DNA from: a bacterium
GTDB lineage: Bacteria > Patescibacteriota > Minisyncoccia > Phycocordibacterales > UBA9973
Assembly (NCBI GenBank): GCA_027484965.1
Contig: JAIXRY010000008.1
Location: 1,069 to 65,068 of the forward strand
Length of the DNA stretch: 64,000 nt
Direction: 5' to 3'
In this document: piece after piece, positions 1 to 9,692 of the stretch
How the letters are laid out: every line of letters starts with the position of its first letter
How positions within the stretch are numbered: the stretch's first letter is position 1
The notes under the pieces: generated by a model
Databases searched by the model: none
Told to the model about the DNA's origin: nothing
What the model saw: only the letters and a program-made list of their open reading frames with translations
Made by a program: the position numbers and the translations under genes

Positions 1-717
1 TTTACTAAATAAATAAATACCAACACCCAATAAAATAACAAAAAGGCCTACAAGTATAATATGATTTGAAAGTGTATCACTTATCCAAATAACAAATTTT
101 GTTGAAGTTGGAAGTTCTGCGCCTATATCTTTGAAAGTTTTTGTTAGAGTTGGAACAACAAAAATAAACATAAGTATAGCAATAAGAATAATTGCAGAAA
201 TAATAATTGCTGGATACATCAATGCGCCTTTTATTTTTTTATTCAAAAGATATGTTTTTTCAATACTTTGCCCAATTTCAGTAAGAGCACCTACCATTCC
301 TCCAGACTCTTCTCCTGCACGAACCATAGAAATAAATAGGGTTGAAAAAACTTTTGGAAATTTCTCCATTGAAGTAGAGAATGTACTACCCCCAGAAATA
401 TCATTAACTATTTTCGAAAGAATGCCTTTAAATATTTGATTGTTTGTTTGACGTTCAAGAATTGCAAGTGCTCGAGCAAGAGCAATACCAGCAGAAAGCA
501 TTCCTGCAAGGTTTTTTGTAAACATTATTTTTTCAGCAAGACCAACACCACTCCCAAAAGAAAAATAAAATGGTTTTTTAGTTCCAATAGCTTTTAGATT
601 TAAAAGCGTTTTTCCTTCAGCACGCAACTGTTTTGAAAGGCTAAATTTATCAGGAGCTTCAATAGTTCCTTTTTCTTTTGAGCCGTCTGATTTTATTGCT
701 TCATATGAAAATTTCAT
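1..717 (-). CDS. pilC: Type IV pilus/T2SS platform protein PilC (GspF family), 3' end outside window
   Basis: ATG at 717 reads MKFSYEAIKSDGSKEKGTIEA...FTKNLAGMLSAGIALARAL...MVRAGEESGGM...IKGALMYP; directly downstream of pilB. Not in the ORF track because it is truncated. Confidence 0.9.
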   Translation of the reverse strand, partial: MKFSYEAIKSDGSKEKGTIEAPDKFSLSKQLRAEGKTLLNLKAIGTKKPFYFSFGSGVGLAEKIMFTKNLAGMLSAGIALARALAILERQTNNQIFKGILSKIVNDISGGSTFSTSMEKFPKVFSTLFISMVRAGEESGGMVGALTEIGQSIEKTYLLNKKIKGALMYPAIIISAIILIAILMFIFVVPTLTKTFKDIGAELPTSTKFVIWISDTLSNHIILVGLFVILLGVGIYLFSK

Positions 718-723
718 ACAATA

Positions 724-2478
724 TTATTCAGAAACAACGCGGAGAACTTCTTCTGTGGTTGTATATCCTTGCACAGCCAAAAATATTCCATCTTCAAGCA
801 TGGTTGTCATACCTTCTTTTTTTGCTTGAATTTCTATAGCGTCAGCAGAAGCACCTGAAATAATAAGATCTTTTATTGTTGGTGTTACTTTAAGTACTTC
901 ATGGATACCAACACGTCCTCTATACCCATCTTCCGTATCCGCACTTTTCATTGGTTTGTAAAAAGGGACGTCTTTCCATTCTGCGTCTGGCGCAATTACA
1001 TTTTCATCTTTCAAAACCTTCATCATTCTATCTAAATCAACTATCTTCCCTAACGCTTTCAATTCATTCTCATTCATAAAATACTTTTCTTTTGAATCAG
1101 AAAGTCTTCTGACTAGACGCTGTGCAATAACTGTTTTCAAAGTTGAAACCAAAAGAAATGGTTCTGCACCCATATCAATAAAACGTGGTATAGCGCCCGC
1201 CGCTGAATTAGTGTGAATTGTTGATAACACTAAGTGACCAGTAAGTGCTGCATTAATAGCAAGTGAAGCTGTTTCTCCGTCACGGATTTCACCAACCATT
1301 ATAATATTAGGATCTTGACGAAGAAGTGCACGGAGACCATTTGAGAAAGTCATTCCTATATCAGAACGAACTTGTGTTTGATTAATACGAGCCATTTGAT
1401 ATTCAATAGGATCTTCAACTGTTGAAATGTTTACATCTGGAGTATTCAACATATCAAGCATTGTATAGAGGGTTGTTGTTTTACCGGACCCTGTCGGACC
1501 AGACGCAAGAATCATTCCTGTGTGGAGTTTCATTGCTTCATGAATACGCTCAAGTGCATCTCCATGAAATCCTAATTTCTCAAGAGAAAATCCTTTTGCA
1601 TTTTCACGCAAAATACGAATAACTGTTTTTTCTCCAAAATATGTTGGGATTGTAGAAACACGAAAAGAAACTTTTTGATCGTCATTTGAAATTTTGAAAC
1701 GTCCGTCTTGAGGAAGACGTTTTTCATCAAGTTTCAAATTTGAGAGAACTTTAATACGAGCAACAATACCAGAAGCAGAGTCTTTTGGAAGCACCATGGC
1801 GTCACGCAATATTCCATCAATACGATAACGCACAACAAGAGACTCTTCTAAAGGTTCAATATGGATATCTGATGCTTCTTGTAAAATAGCATGTGAAATA
1901 AGAGTATCTACAATTTTTACAATTGGTAAATCTTCAGCAAGTTGCTTGAGTTCTGCTTCAGAAGCAGGTTCTTTATTGTTTTCTAGAGCTGTTGCTTTTA
2001 TTGATATTGTTTCCTTTTGGATAATATCATCAAATTCTGCTCTAAGACTTTTTTTATAAAGAGTGAGTGCATGTTTGATAGAAGGAACATCTGTAAGACG
2101 TGGGAGAATTTTTTGCTCTAATTTCTTTTTTAAGAAATCTATTGTTGATATATCATTAATATCAAGCATCGCAACTTCAATAGTAGTGCTTGTTTTTTTG
2201 TACGCTACAACATTATGATTTCTCGCAATAGGTTCAGGTATAAGAGAAAGAACATCAGCTTCTATTTTTTCATCAATAAGTGATACAAAAGGAACACCGA
2301 GAACATACGCTTGAGCTCGACGTAGATCTGTCTCTGAAATTTTATTTTCTGAAACAAGAATATCGGTAAAAGGAGTTCTCTTTTCTTTAGACATTTCTAC
2401 GGCGCGAGAAATATCTGCCGATGTAACAACACCAGCATCAATAAGAAATGTTTTTAAACTTTCTTCACTAATTACCAT
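724..2478 (-). CDS. pilB: Type IV pilus assembly ATPase PilB (GspE/PulE family)
   Basis: ASDIHIEP, RLPQDGR, Walker A GPTGSGKTT, LRQDPNIIMVGEIRD, His box TGHLVLSTIHTN. Confidence 0.95.
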   Translation of the reverse strand: MVISEESLKTFLIDAGVVTSADISRAVEMSKEKRTPFTDILVSENKISETDLRRAQAYVLGVPFVSLIDEKIEADVLSLIPEPIARNHNVVAYKKTSTTIEVAMLDINDISTIDFLKKKLEQKILPRLTDVPSIKHALTLYKKSLRAEFDDIIQKETISIKATALENNKEPASEAELKQLAEDLPIVKIVDTLISHAILQEASDIHIEPLEESLVVRYRIDGILRDAMVLPKDSASGIVARIKVLSNLKLDEKRLPQDGRFKISNDDQKVSFRVSTIPTYFGEKTVIRILRENAKGFSLEKLGFHGDALERIHEAMKLHTGMILASGPTGSGKTTTLYTMLDMLNTPDVNISTVEDPIEYQMARINQTQVRSDIGMTFSNGLRALLRQDPNIIMVGEIRDGETASLAINAALTGHLVLSTIHTNSAAGAIPRFIDMGAEPFLLVSTLKTVIAQRLVRRLSDSKEKYFMNENELKALGKIVDLDRMMKVLKDENVIAPDAEWKDVPFYKPMKSADTEDGYRGRVGIHEVLKVTPTIKDLIISGASADAIEIQAKKEGMTTMLEDGIFLAVQGYTTTEEVLRVVSE

Positions 2479-2548
2479 TACTTATATTTTCTCATAGTCT
2501 CTCTTTAATAGCACTAGAAAACTTGTGGACAAAAAACCACTCGGATAT

Positions 2549-2629
2549 TTTTTAAAAAGACACGTAAATTTTTTGCTAAAAATTTACTCCTTCCGTCGCC
2601 AGACTCGACTCCAGAGGTCTTTTTAAAAA
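2549..2629. other. Structured non-coding palindromic element
   Basis: 13-bp outer IR (2549-2561/2617-2629) enclosing a 10-bp hairpin (2564-2587, loop TGCT) and CCGTCGC (2593-2599). Confidence 0.6.
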
Positions 2630-2647
2630 CTATACTCGTTTAATAAT

Positions 2648-2688
2648 AAAAACAAGGATGGCGCCCAACGGGCGCCATCCTTGTTTTT
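2648..2688. terminator. Long palindromic intrinsic terminator
   Basis: aaaaacaaggatggcgccc-aac-gggcgccatccttgttttt, 19-bp stem just past the stop at 2698. Confidence 0.8.
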
Positions 2689-2697
2689 TGATCAATT

Positions 2698-4002
2698 TTA
2701 ATAAGTAATTTTTACTCTTCCATTACCACCAGAACCATTAGTTACTCCAGAAACAGTTGTCCCTCTTGTACCTCCTTGTCCTATAGTGTATGTGAATTGC
2801 TCATTTGGTGTTACAGGTAAAGTTATTTTTATATAACCACCAGCACCTCCACCGCGAGCTGTATTAATTTGAGTGCTTCCAGGTAATCCTACACGTATTT
2901 GTGTAGACTCTTCACCTGAACAGTAATCCCTTCCTGGATTTGTCACTAAATAATAAGGACATACTTGTGATGGTCCTTGGAAAGTACCAGAACTACCAGA
3001 CCCATAGAATCCATAATTACCTGTTCCTCCACCAGGTGTACTTCCTCCTCCACCAGGAATAGCGCCGTTTGCACTCTGGAATACTCCGTTTTGAATATTT
3101 GCTGGATTTGAATTTCCATAAAAATTTGGAGCTGCTGGAATAAGACTACAGTATTGTTGTGCATCGCTCAAACTTGCTGCTTTTCTACCAGCTGTTATTG
3201 TTTGAACACCTAAATATGAAGCTCCTCCAATAGCACCATCTCCTCCATCAGAACCATATCTGAAAAAATATGGATTTGATGGACAATTATAATCTCCAAT
3301 AAGTTGATCTAGTTGATTATATGCTGGAACTCCACCATTTCCACCTGTATGTATTTCTGATACTAAAGATGTAGAGCGGCCACCAGAGACACTTGCCGAA
3401 CCTCCAGTACCATTTCCTCCAGAATTTGCATTTGTACCAGCATTTGCAGTAACTGAAATATTTGTTCCTTGGAATACTGTATTTGTTGGAGAAGTTTGAG
3501 AGTTTGAAGAAATATTTGTATATCCTGCACCCCCAGCTCCCCAAACTTCAACAGTAACACTATTAACACCTGTTGGAACAGTCCACGAACCACTAGTATC
3601 AAAAATACGCACATTAGTATTTATTGGACAAATATTTAGTTGGCCAGTACTAGAGACACAGACTTTCTGAGGTGTTGTAGTTGATGATACACCAGAAAGA
3701 CTAACACTTTTTGTACTTAAATTACCTGTAATAGCTGTATTTCCTTCTGAAGTAATACCTTTTGTGTACAAAGAACCAAAGATATCTAGCTTAGCACCAG
3801 CTGTTGGGAACATAAGAGATGAATTACCAAGTAAAACTGATCCTATCCTAGAATCTATAGAATCACCAGTATTCCAAACAGATATTTGACCATTTGGATA
3901 TCCTCCAGATGGTCTGGCAGCAAACAATTCAACATAATTAACAACAATCACAAGTACAAGTATTGCTGAAAATAATTTTATAAAAGGTAAGTATTTTTTC
4001 AT
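2698..4002 (-). CDS. Secreted fibre-like protein with C-terminal glycine-rich domain
   Basis: Signal/TM segment from MKKYLPF (ATG 4002); AKLDIFG; FDTSGSWTVPTGVNSVTVEVWGAGGAG...GGNGRVKITY resembles glycine-rich tail-fibre-type domains. Confidence 0.7.
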   Translation of the reverse strand: MKKYLPFIKLFSAILVLVIVVNYVELFAARPSGGYPNGQISVWNTGDSIDSRIGSVLLGNSSLMFPTAGAKLDIFGSLYTKGITSEGNTAITGNLSTKSVSLSGVSSTTTPQKVCVSSTGQLNICPINTNVRIFDTSGSWTVPTGVNSVTVEVWGAGGAGYTNISSNSQTSPTNTVFQGTNISVTANAGTNANSGGNGTGGSASVSGGRSTSLVSEIHTGGNGGVPAYNQLDQLIGDYNCPSNPYFFRYGSDGGDGAIGGASYLGVQTITAGRKAASLSDAQQYCSLIPAAPNFYGNSNPANIQNGVFQSANGAIPGGGGSTPGGGTGNYGFYGSGSSGTFQGPSQVCPYYLVTNPGRDYCSGEESTQIRVGLPGSTQINTARGGGAGGYIKITLPVTPNEQFTYTIGQGGTRGTTVSGVTNGSGGNGRVKITY

Positions 4003-4007
4003 ATATA

Positions 4008-4382
4008 TTATGGACAAACAATAAATTTACCAGAACTATTGACACACAACTCTCTATTTGATGAACCAGATAATTTTGAAACAGTCATATTTGTTGTATC
4101 AAAATTATAGTTATTTTGTGTATTTGCAGGAACAACTAGACCTTTAGTAAAGAGAGTTCCATTAATATCTAGAACGACTCCAGAGGTTGGAGCATTTGTC
4201 ATACCCACTGCAAGAGAAGCGTTTCTAGATAAATCATTTGTTGATTTAGTAATAAAAACATTAAAAGGTTGTGAAGCTTGACTATAAGAGGACGGTCTTG
4301 TTGCTTTCGCACCTATTATATTTGCAAAAAAGATAATAACAAGACAAACAAAAAATAAATTTACTATTGAATATTGTTTCAT
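4008..4382 (-). CDS. Small secreted fibre-like paralog
   Basis: Signal peptide; VVLDING; C-terminal ELCVNSSGKFIVCP. Confidence 0.7.
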   Translation of the reverse strand: MKQYSIVNLFFVCLVIIFFANIIGAKATRPSSYSQASQPFNVFITKSTNDLSRNASLAVGMTNAPTSGVVLDINGTLFTKGLVVPANTQNNYNFDTTNMTVSKLSGSSNRELCVNSSGKFIVCP

Positions 4383-4386
4383 ATAT

Positions 4387-4923
4387 TTATGGGCAAATAG
4401 TTAATGAGTTAATAGTAAAATTAAACATTGTATTATTTTGAACAATACAGACATTTCTATTGCCAGACCCAGCAAAGTCTGTAACAGTAACATCACCATC
4501 CGTACTTGAATTAGTTGTCTTTGATATTGTTGTTGTACCTGAAACAAAAGTTATACCATCTATTAACAACCCATCACTTTTACCATTAGCAGGAAGATTA
4601 AGAGAGCCCGCTTTTGTAATTCCATTTACATGAACTGTTTCTCCAAGTCTTGGAGGTGTCATGAAAGTCTGAACACCATTATAAAAAGGTTCAGAATTTA
4701 CACCTATAGCTATAGCTCTTCTCACAACATCAGCAGATGTTCTATTTGCTGGCGCTTCACCTAATTTACTTTGCGCTACAGTCGAACCTAATCCAGACCT
4801 GATAAGTTCTGGAGGTTGTCCACCTGGAGGTGTTTGTGTTGGAGCAGCGTAAGAAACACCTAACACAGAGAGAATTACAAAACTAACTATAACGACTGAC
4901 TCTTTTAGTGAAAAATATATCAT
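4387..4923 (-). CDS. Small secreted fibre-like paralog
   Basis: Signal peptide ending SYA; APTQTPPGG; C-terminal NRNVCIV...LTICP. Confidence 0.7.
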   Translation of the reverse strand: MIYFSLKESVVIVSFVILSVLGVSYAAPTQTPPGGQPPELIRSGLGSTVAQSKLGEAPANRTSADVVRRAIAIGVNSEPFYNGVQTFMTPPRLGETVHVNGITKAGSLNLPANGKSDGLLIDGITFVSGTTTISKTTNSSTDGDVTVTDFAGSGNRNVCIVQNNTMFNFTINSLTICP

Positions 4924-4924
4924 A

Positions 4925-7024
4925 TTACTCTTCTTTATAAAATGGGGCTGGTAAAATATTTGTTCCGAAACGCCACAACAATCTTCCTCCTCTACCTGTA
5001 AGTGGATTAGTCACAATAAATAATCCAGGCTCAACACCTTTAATTCCAACAATAGTTGACGCTGTTACAGTTTTTCCAGAAGGTGTTTTACATTCAATAG
5101 TAAACATTTCTGATGTTGAACCTATAGAAACTGTTTCTACTCCTGACAATGATTTTCCACCTGTCCAGACTCCAGTAGCCCCAGCAGTACCTCCTGCAGC
5201 AGAACTAAATCCAGTAGAAGCAACACAATTACTTGCATTTTCACCATCCCAACGTAGTAGTGTTGTAGAATTTGGATCTACTACTTGTGGAAACGCTGAA
5301 AGTCTCAAACCTGAAGCATTAACTCCTCCTGTAATATCTCCACCAGTAACACCAACTCCAACAGAACCACCACCTGGACCAATTCCGCCAGCGCCTCCTC
5401 CTCCAGAACCAGTAACAACAGAAACATCTTCACTACTTGTAACTGTTTGACTCGTTGAACTATTTGTACAAGTAATAGTAAATGTTCTAGTTGAAGTTCC
5501 TGATCCTACATTTACATTAGTTGAACCAGAGGTTGCTTTTGAACCAGTCCAACCAGATATTGACGCATTATTACTTGCCGCACAAGTAAACCCTGTAAGA
5601 TTTTGAGATGTCCAAGAAATATTAATATTACTATTTTCTCCAGTAATTGAAGGACTTGCGTTTAGTGAAACACTAGGTATTAATGGAGAACCAGTTCCAC
5701 CAGTACCTCCACCGCCGCCAACAGTACAAGAAATAACATTGTATGAAATTGGAGAATTATAACGTACTGAAACTGATCCTGATCTTGAAACAGAACCACT
5801 ACCACTTCCTTGAAGAACACCATTCAAAGTACAAACACCTGAAGGGACTTGTGCAAGAGGAGTTACATCAAAATATGTCGAGTGTGTTTCAGCTCCGTCA
5901 GTAGTTACAACTTGAACACGATGATTGCCTGAACCAGCAACAAGGTCGCGTGGAATTGTCATTCTAATAACAAAGCTTCCTCCTATGTTAAGACTCAAGA
6001 ATCTAGGATCATAAGGATTAACTGTGTCGTTAGGGTCTGGTTGTGCTTGTGGCACAGCAACACCATTATATAAAAGACTAAATGTTGAACCTGCAAGCGC
6101 TGGATCTGAAGTACCTATAGCTGTATATAGAGTCTTTGTGGTTGGATTTCCATAAATAGTAAGAGGTATATCAAAAGAAACATTAGCTCCACCTTCCACA
6201 AAAGACGCAGGGTAAGGAACACTTATATCGAACCAAGGAATTGGAGTTCCTGAAAGGATTGAGACTGTAGCACTACTTGTAACAGTCTGACTGGTTGAAC
6301 TGTTTGTACAAGTAATAGTGTATATTTTTGTAACTGAACCTGGACCAACATTCACTACAGCTGTACCAGAAGTTGCTTTTGAACCAGTCCAATCAAGAAG
6401 AGATGCATTATTACTTGCTACACAAGTAAATCCTACAAGATTTTGAGATGTCCAAGTAAGATTAAGATTACTATTTGGAAAAATAGATGTTGGAGTTGCT
6501 GTTAAAGAAACACTAGGAACTTGTTGTGTACCTATACCTACACCAGTAAAATCTATCCAACCAATAGTATTATTCCAGGCATATCCATAAAAATTATTAT
6601 TTCCTCCTCCAACAATCTGAACACCGCTTAGATCAATACATCCATTGCTACCTAATGAAATAATTTTAGCTGGACCTAAAAGTCCAGGACTTGCAACAAG
6701 TCTTGGACTTCCATTATTACAACTCGCAATATCTGACGGTTCAAAAGAAATCCACCCAACATTGTCATTCCACGCATAACCAGAAAATATGTATGCGCCA
6801 GCATTATTATCTACATAAGTGACACCATAATTTGTACCCACACAACTAGAAGGTGATGTTGTTGAACAGTTATTAAACGAAATCCATCCAATAGCATCAT
6901 TCCATGCATATCCAAGAATTTTATCTCCCGCACTTGATAAGGCCTGATTTGGAGTATAAAAATTAAAGGCAAATAAGAAAATAAGCGTTCCGAGAGATGA
7001 AAAAATTATGTTTTTTATTTTCAT
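4925..7024 (-). CDS. Secreted surface protein with GYAWN..GWI repeats and Ig/PKD-like domains
   Basis: Signal peptide; three GYAWNxxxGWIxF repeats; three Cys-paired beta domains (WTSQN..C..WTG..TITC). Confidence 0.75.
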   Translation of the reverse strand: MKIKNIIFSSLGTLIFLFAFNFYTPNQALSSAGDKILGYAWNDAIGWISFNNCSTTSPSSCVGTNYGVTYVDNNAGAYIFSGYAWNDNVGWISFEPSDIASCNNGSPRLVASPGLLGPAKIISLGSNGCIDLSGVQIVGGGNNNFYGYAWNNTIGWIDFTGVGIGTQQVPSVSLTATPTSIFPNSNLNLTWTSQNLVGFTCVASNNASLLDWTGSKATSGTAVVNVGPGSVTKIYTITCTNSSTSQTVTSSATVSILSGTPIPWFDISVPYPASFVEGGANVSFDIPLTIYGNPTTKTLYTAIGTSDPALAGSTFSLLYNGVAVPQAQPDPNDTVNPYDPRFLSLNIGGSFVIRMTIPRDLVAGSGNHRVQVVTTDGAETHSTYFDVTPLAQVPSGVCTLNGVLQGSGSGSVSRSGSVSVRYNSPISYNVISCTVGGGGGTGGTGSPLIPSVSLNASPSITGENSNINISWTSQNLTGFTCAASNNASISGWTGSKATSGSTNVNVGSGTSTRTFTITCTNSSTSQTVTSSEDVSVVTGSGGGGAGGIGPGGGSVGVGVTGGDITGGVNASGLRLSAFPQVVDPNSTTLLRWDGENASNCVASTGFSSAAGGTAGATGVWTGGKSLSGVETVSIGSTSEMFTIECKTPSGKTVTASTIVGIKGVEPGLFIVTNPLTGRGGRLLWRFGTNILPAPFYKEE
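5432..6520 (-). repeat. Internal domain duplication (about 5432-5680 and 6272-6520)
   Basis: PSVSL...WTSQNLxGFTCxASNNAS...WTGSKATSG...TITCTNSSTSQTVTSS occurs twice with DNA-level similarity. Confidence 0.85.
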
Positions 7025-7026
7025 AA

Positions 7027-7356
7027 TTATTGATTCTTTAAAAATTGATTAACAAGATCTTCGTCTGCTGTTTTAGATTCTTCAGGTGAAACAGTGGCAG
7101 ACTCTTGTTTATTAAGAGTTTCTAGCATTTTTTGTTTTTCTTCATCAGTAGTTGATATTGATGCAGCTTTTTGTGCAACAGCCTCGACACTCTTCTCTAT
7201 TTGAGTTTGTTTTGGTTTTTGATTTTTTTTATAAATCAAAAAAATAGTTACAAGAACCACAAGAACAATAATTCCAGAAATAATAAGTGAGAGTGTTTTT
7301 TTGCTCATATATAGACGGTAAGCAAAAGATGTAGGTTCTTTGTGTATTGGATCCAT
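7027..7356 (-). CDS. Hypothetical single-pass membrane protein
   Basis: Hydrophobic N-terminal helix, charged tail; first gene of the surface-protein run. Confidence 0.7.
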   Translation of the reverse strand: MDPIHKEPTSFAYRLYMSKKTLSLIISGIIVLVVLVTIFLIYKKNQKPKQTQIEKSVEAVAQKAASISTTDEEKQKMLETLNKQESATVSPEESKTADEDLVNQFLKNQ

Positions 7357-7622
7357 AGATGAATATATTTTAACATGATTTAACTTTGTTAGTATATGTA
7401 TATGGCCAATTATGGGGAAAACTTTTAGTATATAGAAGTAATTATACTTTTAGTACTAATAATTTTATTAAATTTAATATTGCAAAAAAATAAGACAGTA
7501 TTAAAAGTTTTAGCAGATAAATATTTGTTTTACTAGAAAATAATCATATGGTATACTATATTTACGATTGTCCTAGGTGTCCCCCAGGGCATTTTTAATA
7601 AAATTTAATAACAATAAAATAT

Positions 7623-8936
7623 ATGTTTGATTTAAAAACAATGCATCTTGCACTCTTACAATTAGAAGAAGAGCGCAAGATCCCAAAAGACAAAATAATA
7701 GAAGCGATTGAGCAAGCACTTGCTGCTGCATACAAAAAAGACTTTGGTAAAAAAGGTCAAATCATCCGTTGTCACTTTAATCTAGAGACAGGGACTACTG
7801 AGTTTTACCAAGTAAAGATTGTTGTTGATGACTCTATTGTTCGTATTATTCCAGAAGAAGAAGAGTATATTCCAGAAGAAGGAGATGAGCGTGTTCGCTT
7901 CAATGAAGAACACCATATCTTCCTAGAAGACGCTAAAAAAATTAAGACAGGAGCTGATATAGAAGATGAAATCATTTTTTCTCTTGAAAACAAAGATGAT
8001 TTCGGACGTATTGCCGCCCAAACAGCAAAACAAGTTATTATCCAAAAAATCCGTGAAGCAGAACGTTCTACTATTATCGATGAATACGGAGACAAAGAAG
8101 GAGAGATTATTAGTGGATATGTACAAAAAATTGAAAGAGGTGCAATTTATGTAGAATTCAATCGCGCTGTTGGACAAATTACTTTTGAAGAACAAATCCC
8201 TGGAGAAAGATGGAATAGAGGTGACCGTATTCGTGCATATCTATTTTCTGTTGAAGAATCAGCTCGCGGTGTAAATCTTCGTCTATCACGTACTCATCCA
8301 AAATTCTTAGAACTTCTATTTGCTCTTGAGGCACCAGAAATTGCTACAAATACAGTAGAAATCGTTTCTATTGCTCGTGAACCAGGAAGTCGTTCTAAAA
8401 TTGCAGTGAAATCAAACGATCAACATATAGACCCTGTAGGATCTTGTGTTGGACAACGTGGAGTACGTGTTAATGCTGTTACTAGTGAACTCTCAGGTGA
8501 AAAAATCGATATTATTCCTTGGGCAGAAGATATAAAAACATTCATTACAAACTCTCTTTCACCAGCAAAAGTTACTGATATTTCAATTGATGACAATGAA
8601 CACAAAGCAAGTATTGAAGTAGCAGAAGACCAGCTATCTCTTGCTATTGGTAAGGGAGGGCAAAATGTTCGTCTTGCTGCAAAACTTACAGGATGGAGAA
8701 TCGATATCAAAGGAAACGGACTTCCTTCAGAGTTAGACCAAACAGGAGGAAATGAGGATAAAGAAATGGCGAGTAGTAACGCTCTTGCAAGCGCTATCAG
8801 TGAAGCAATCGCAGAAAATAAAGAATCTCAAGATGAAATAATCGCAGACTTTATTCTTCCAGAAGATGAGACTGTGGAGGAAAATAATGAGACAGAGGCT
8901 ATTGTTGAAGAAAAAGTCGAAGAAGAGAAAGAATAA
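7623..8936 (+). CDS. nusA: Transcription termination factor NusA
   Basis: FGRIAAQTAKQV, S1 and KH domains, AIGKGGQNVRLAAKLTGWRIDI. Confidence 0.97.
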   Translation: MFDLKTMHLALLQLEEERKIPKDKIIEAIEQALAAAYKKDFGKKGQIIRCHFNLETGTTEFYQVKIVVDDSIVRIIPEEEEYIPEEGDERVRFNEEHHIFLEDAKKIKTGADIEDEIIFSLENKDDFGRIAAQTAKQVIIQKIREAERSTIIDEYGDKEGEIISGYVQKIERGAIYVEFNRAVGQITFEEQIPGERWNRGDRIRAYLFSVEESARGVNLRLSRTHPKFLELLFALEAPEIATNTVEIVSIAREPGSRSKIAVKSNDQHIDPVGSCVGQRGVRVNAVTSELSGEKIDIIPWAEDIKTFITNSLSPAKVTDISIDDNEHKASIEVAEDQLSLAIGKGGQNVRLAAKLTGWRIDIKGNGLPSELDQTGGNEDKEMASSNALASAISEAIAENKESQDEIIADFILPEDETVEENNETEAIVEEKVEEEKE

Positions 8937-8957
8937 TATTTAACTTATAAGTATATT

Positions 8958-9542
8958 ATGGCAAACATAGACCAAAAACCATCAAAGTTCATGTACAATC
9001 TTCTACACGTGCTTCCTGCATTTGTAAATAAAGAAGAAGGTATTATCAATACTATTGTTGAAGTTTCAACAGGAAGTATTAATAAATATGAATTAATAAC
9101 AGAATCAGGGCAACTAAAACTTGATCGTGTAGGATATTCATCTCTAGCCTATCCATTCACATACGGAGCACTTCCTATGACATGGGACTTTGATGGAGAT
9201 CCGCTTGATGTTGAAATTGTAAATATTACAGAACCACTTGTTCCAGGCTCTCTTGTAGAAGTAAGAGTGATTGGAATAATGAAATTTATTGACGGCGGAG
9301 AAATTGACGATAAAATAATCGGAGTACTCGCAGGAGATAAACGTTCAGACCATATACAATCTTACAAAGACCTCGGTGAATACTGGGAAAAAGAAACAAA
9401 GTATTACTGGGAAAATTATAAAGCTCTCAAAAAACCAGGAACGGGAGTGGTAGAAACTTTCCACGAGAAAGATGAAGCTATAAAAGTAATTGAAGAATGT
9501 ATGGAAAGATACAACAAAGATTACGCTCCAAAATTAGACTAA
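8958..9542 (+). CDS. ppa: Inorganic pyrophosphatase (family I)
   Basis: NKYE, LKLDR, YG, DGDPLD motif, DDKI. Confidence 0.95.
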   Translation: MANIDQKPSKFMYNLLHVLPAFVNKEEGIINTIVEVSTGSINKYELITESGQLKLDRVGYSSLAYPFTYGALPMTWDFDGDPLDVEIVNITEPLVPGSLVEVRVIGIMKFIDGGEIDDKIIGVLAGDKRSDHIQSYKDLGEYWEKETKYYWENYKALKKPGTGVVETFHEKDEAIKVIEECMERYNKDYAPKLD

Positions 9543-9603
9543 AGACTAAACCATTTTTATAAAGATGGTCGTCAGTCTCCCGAAGGGAGATTAGGATATA
9601 CAC

Positions 9604-9630
9604 AGCAGGGCACCCTTTGGGTGCCCTGCT
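9604..9630. terminator. Hairpin downstream of ppa
   Basis: agcagggcaccc-ttt-gggtgccctgct followed by T tract. Confidence 0.7.
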
Positions 9631-9692
9631 TTTGTTATAATTACATAGTACGGAAAATCCGTTTTATATATAAATTTCTACTTATAAAAACT

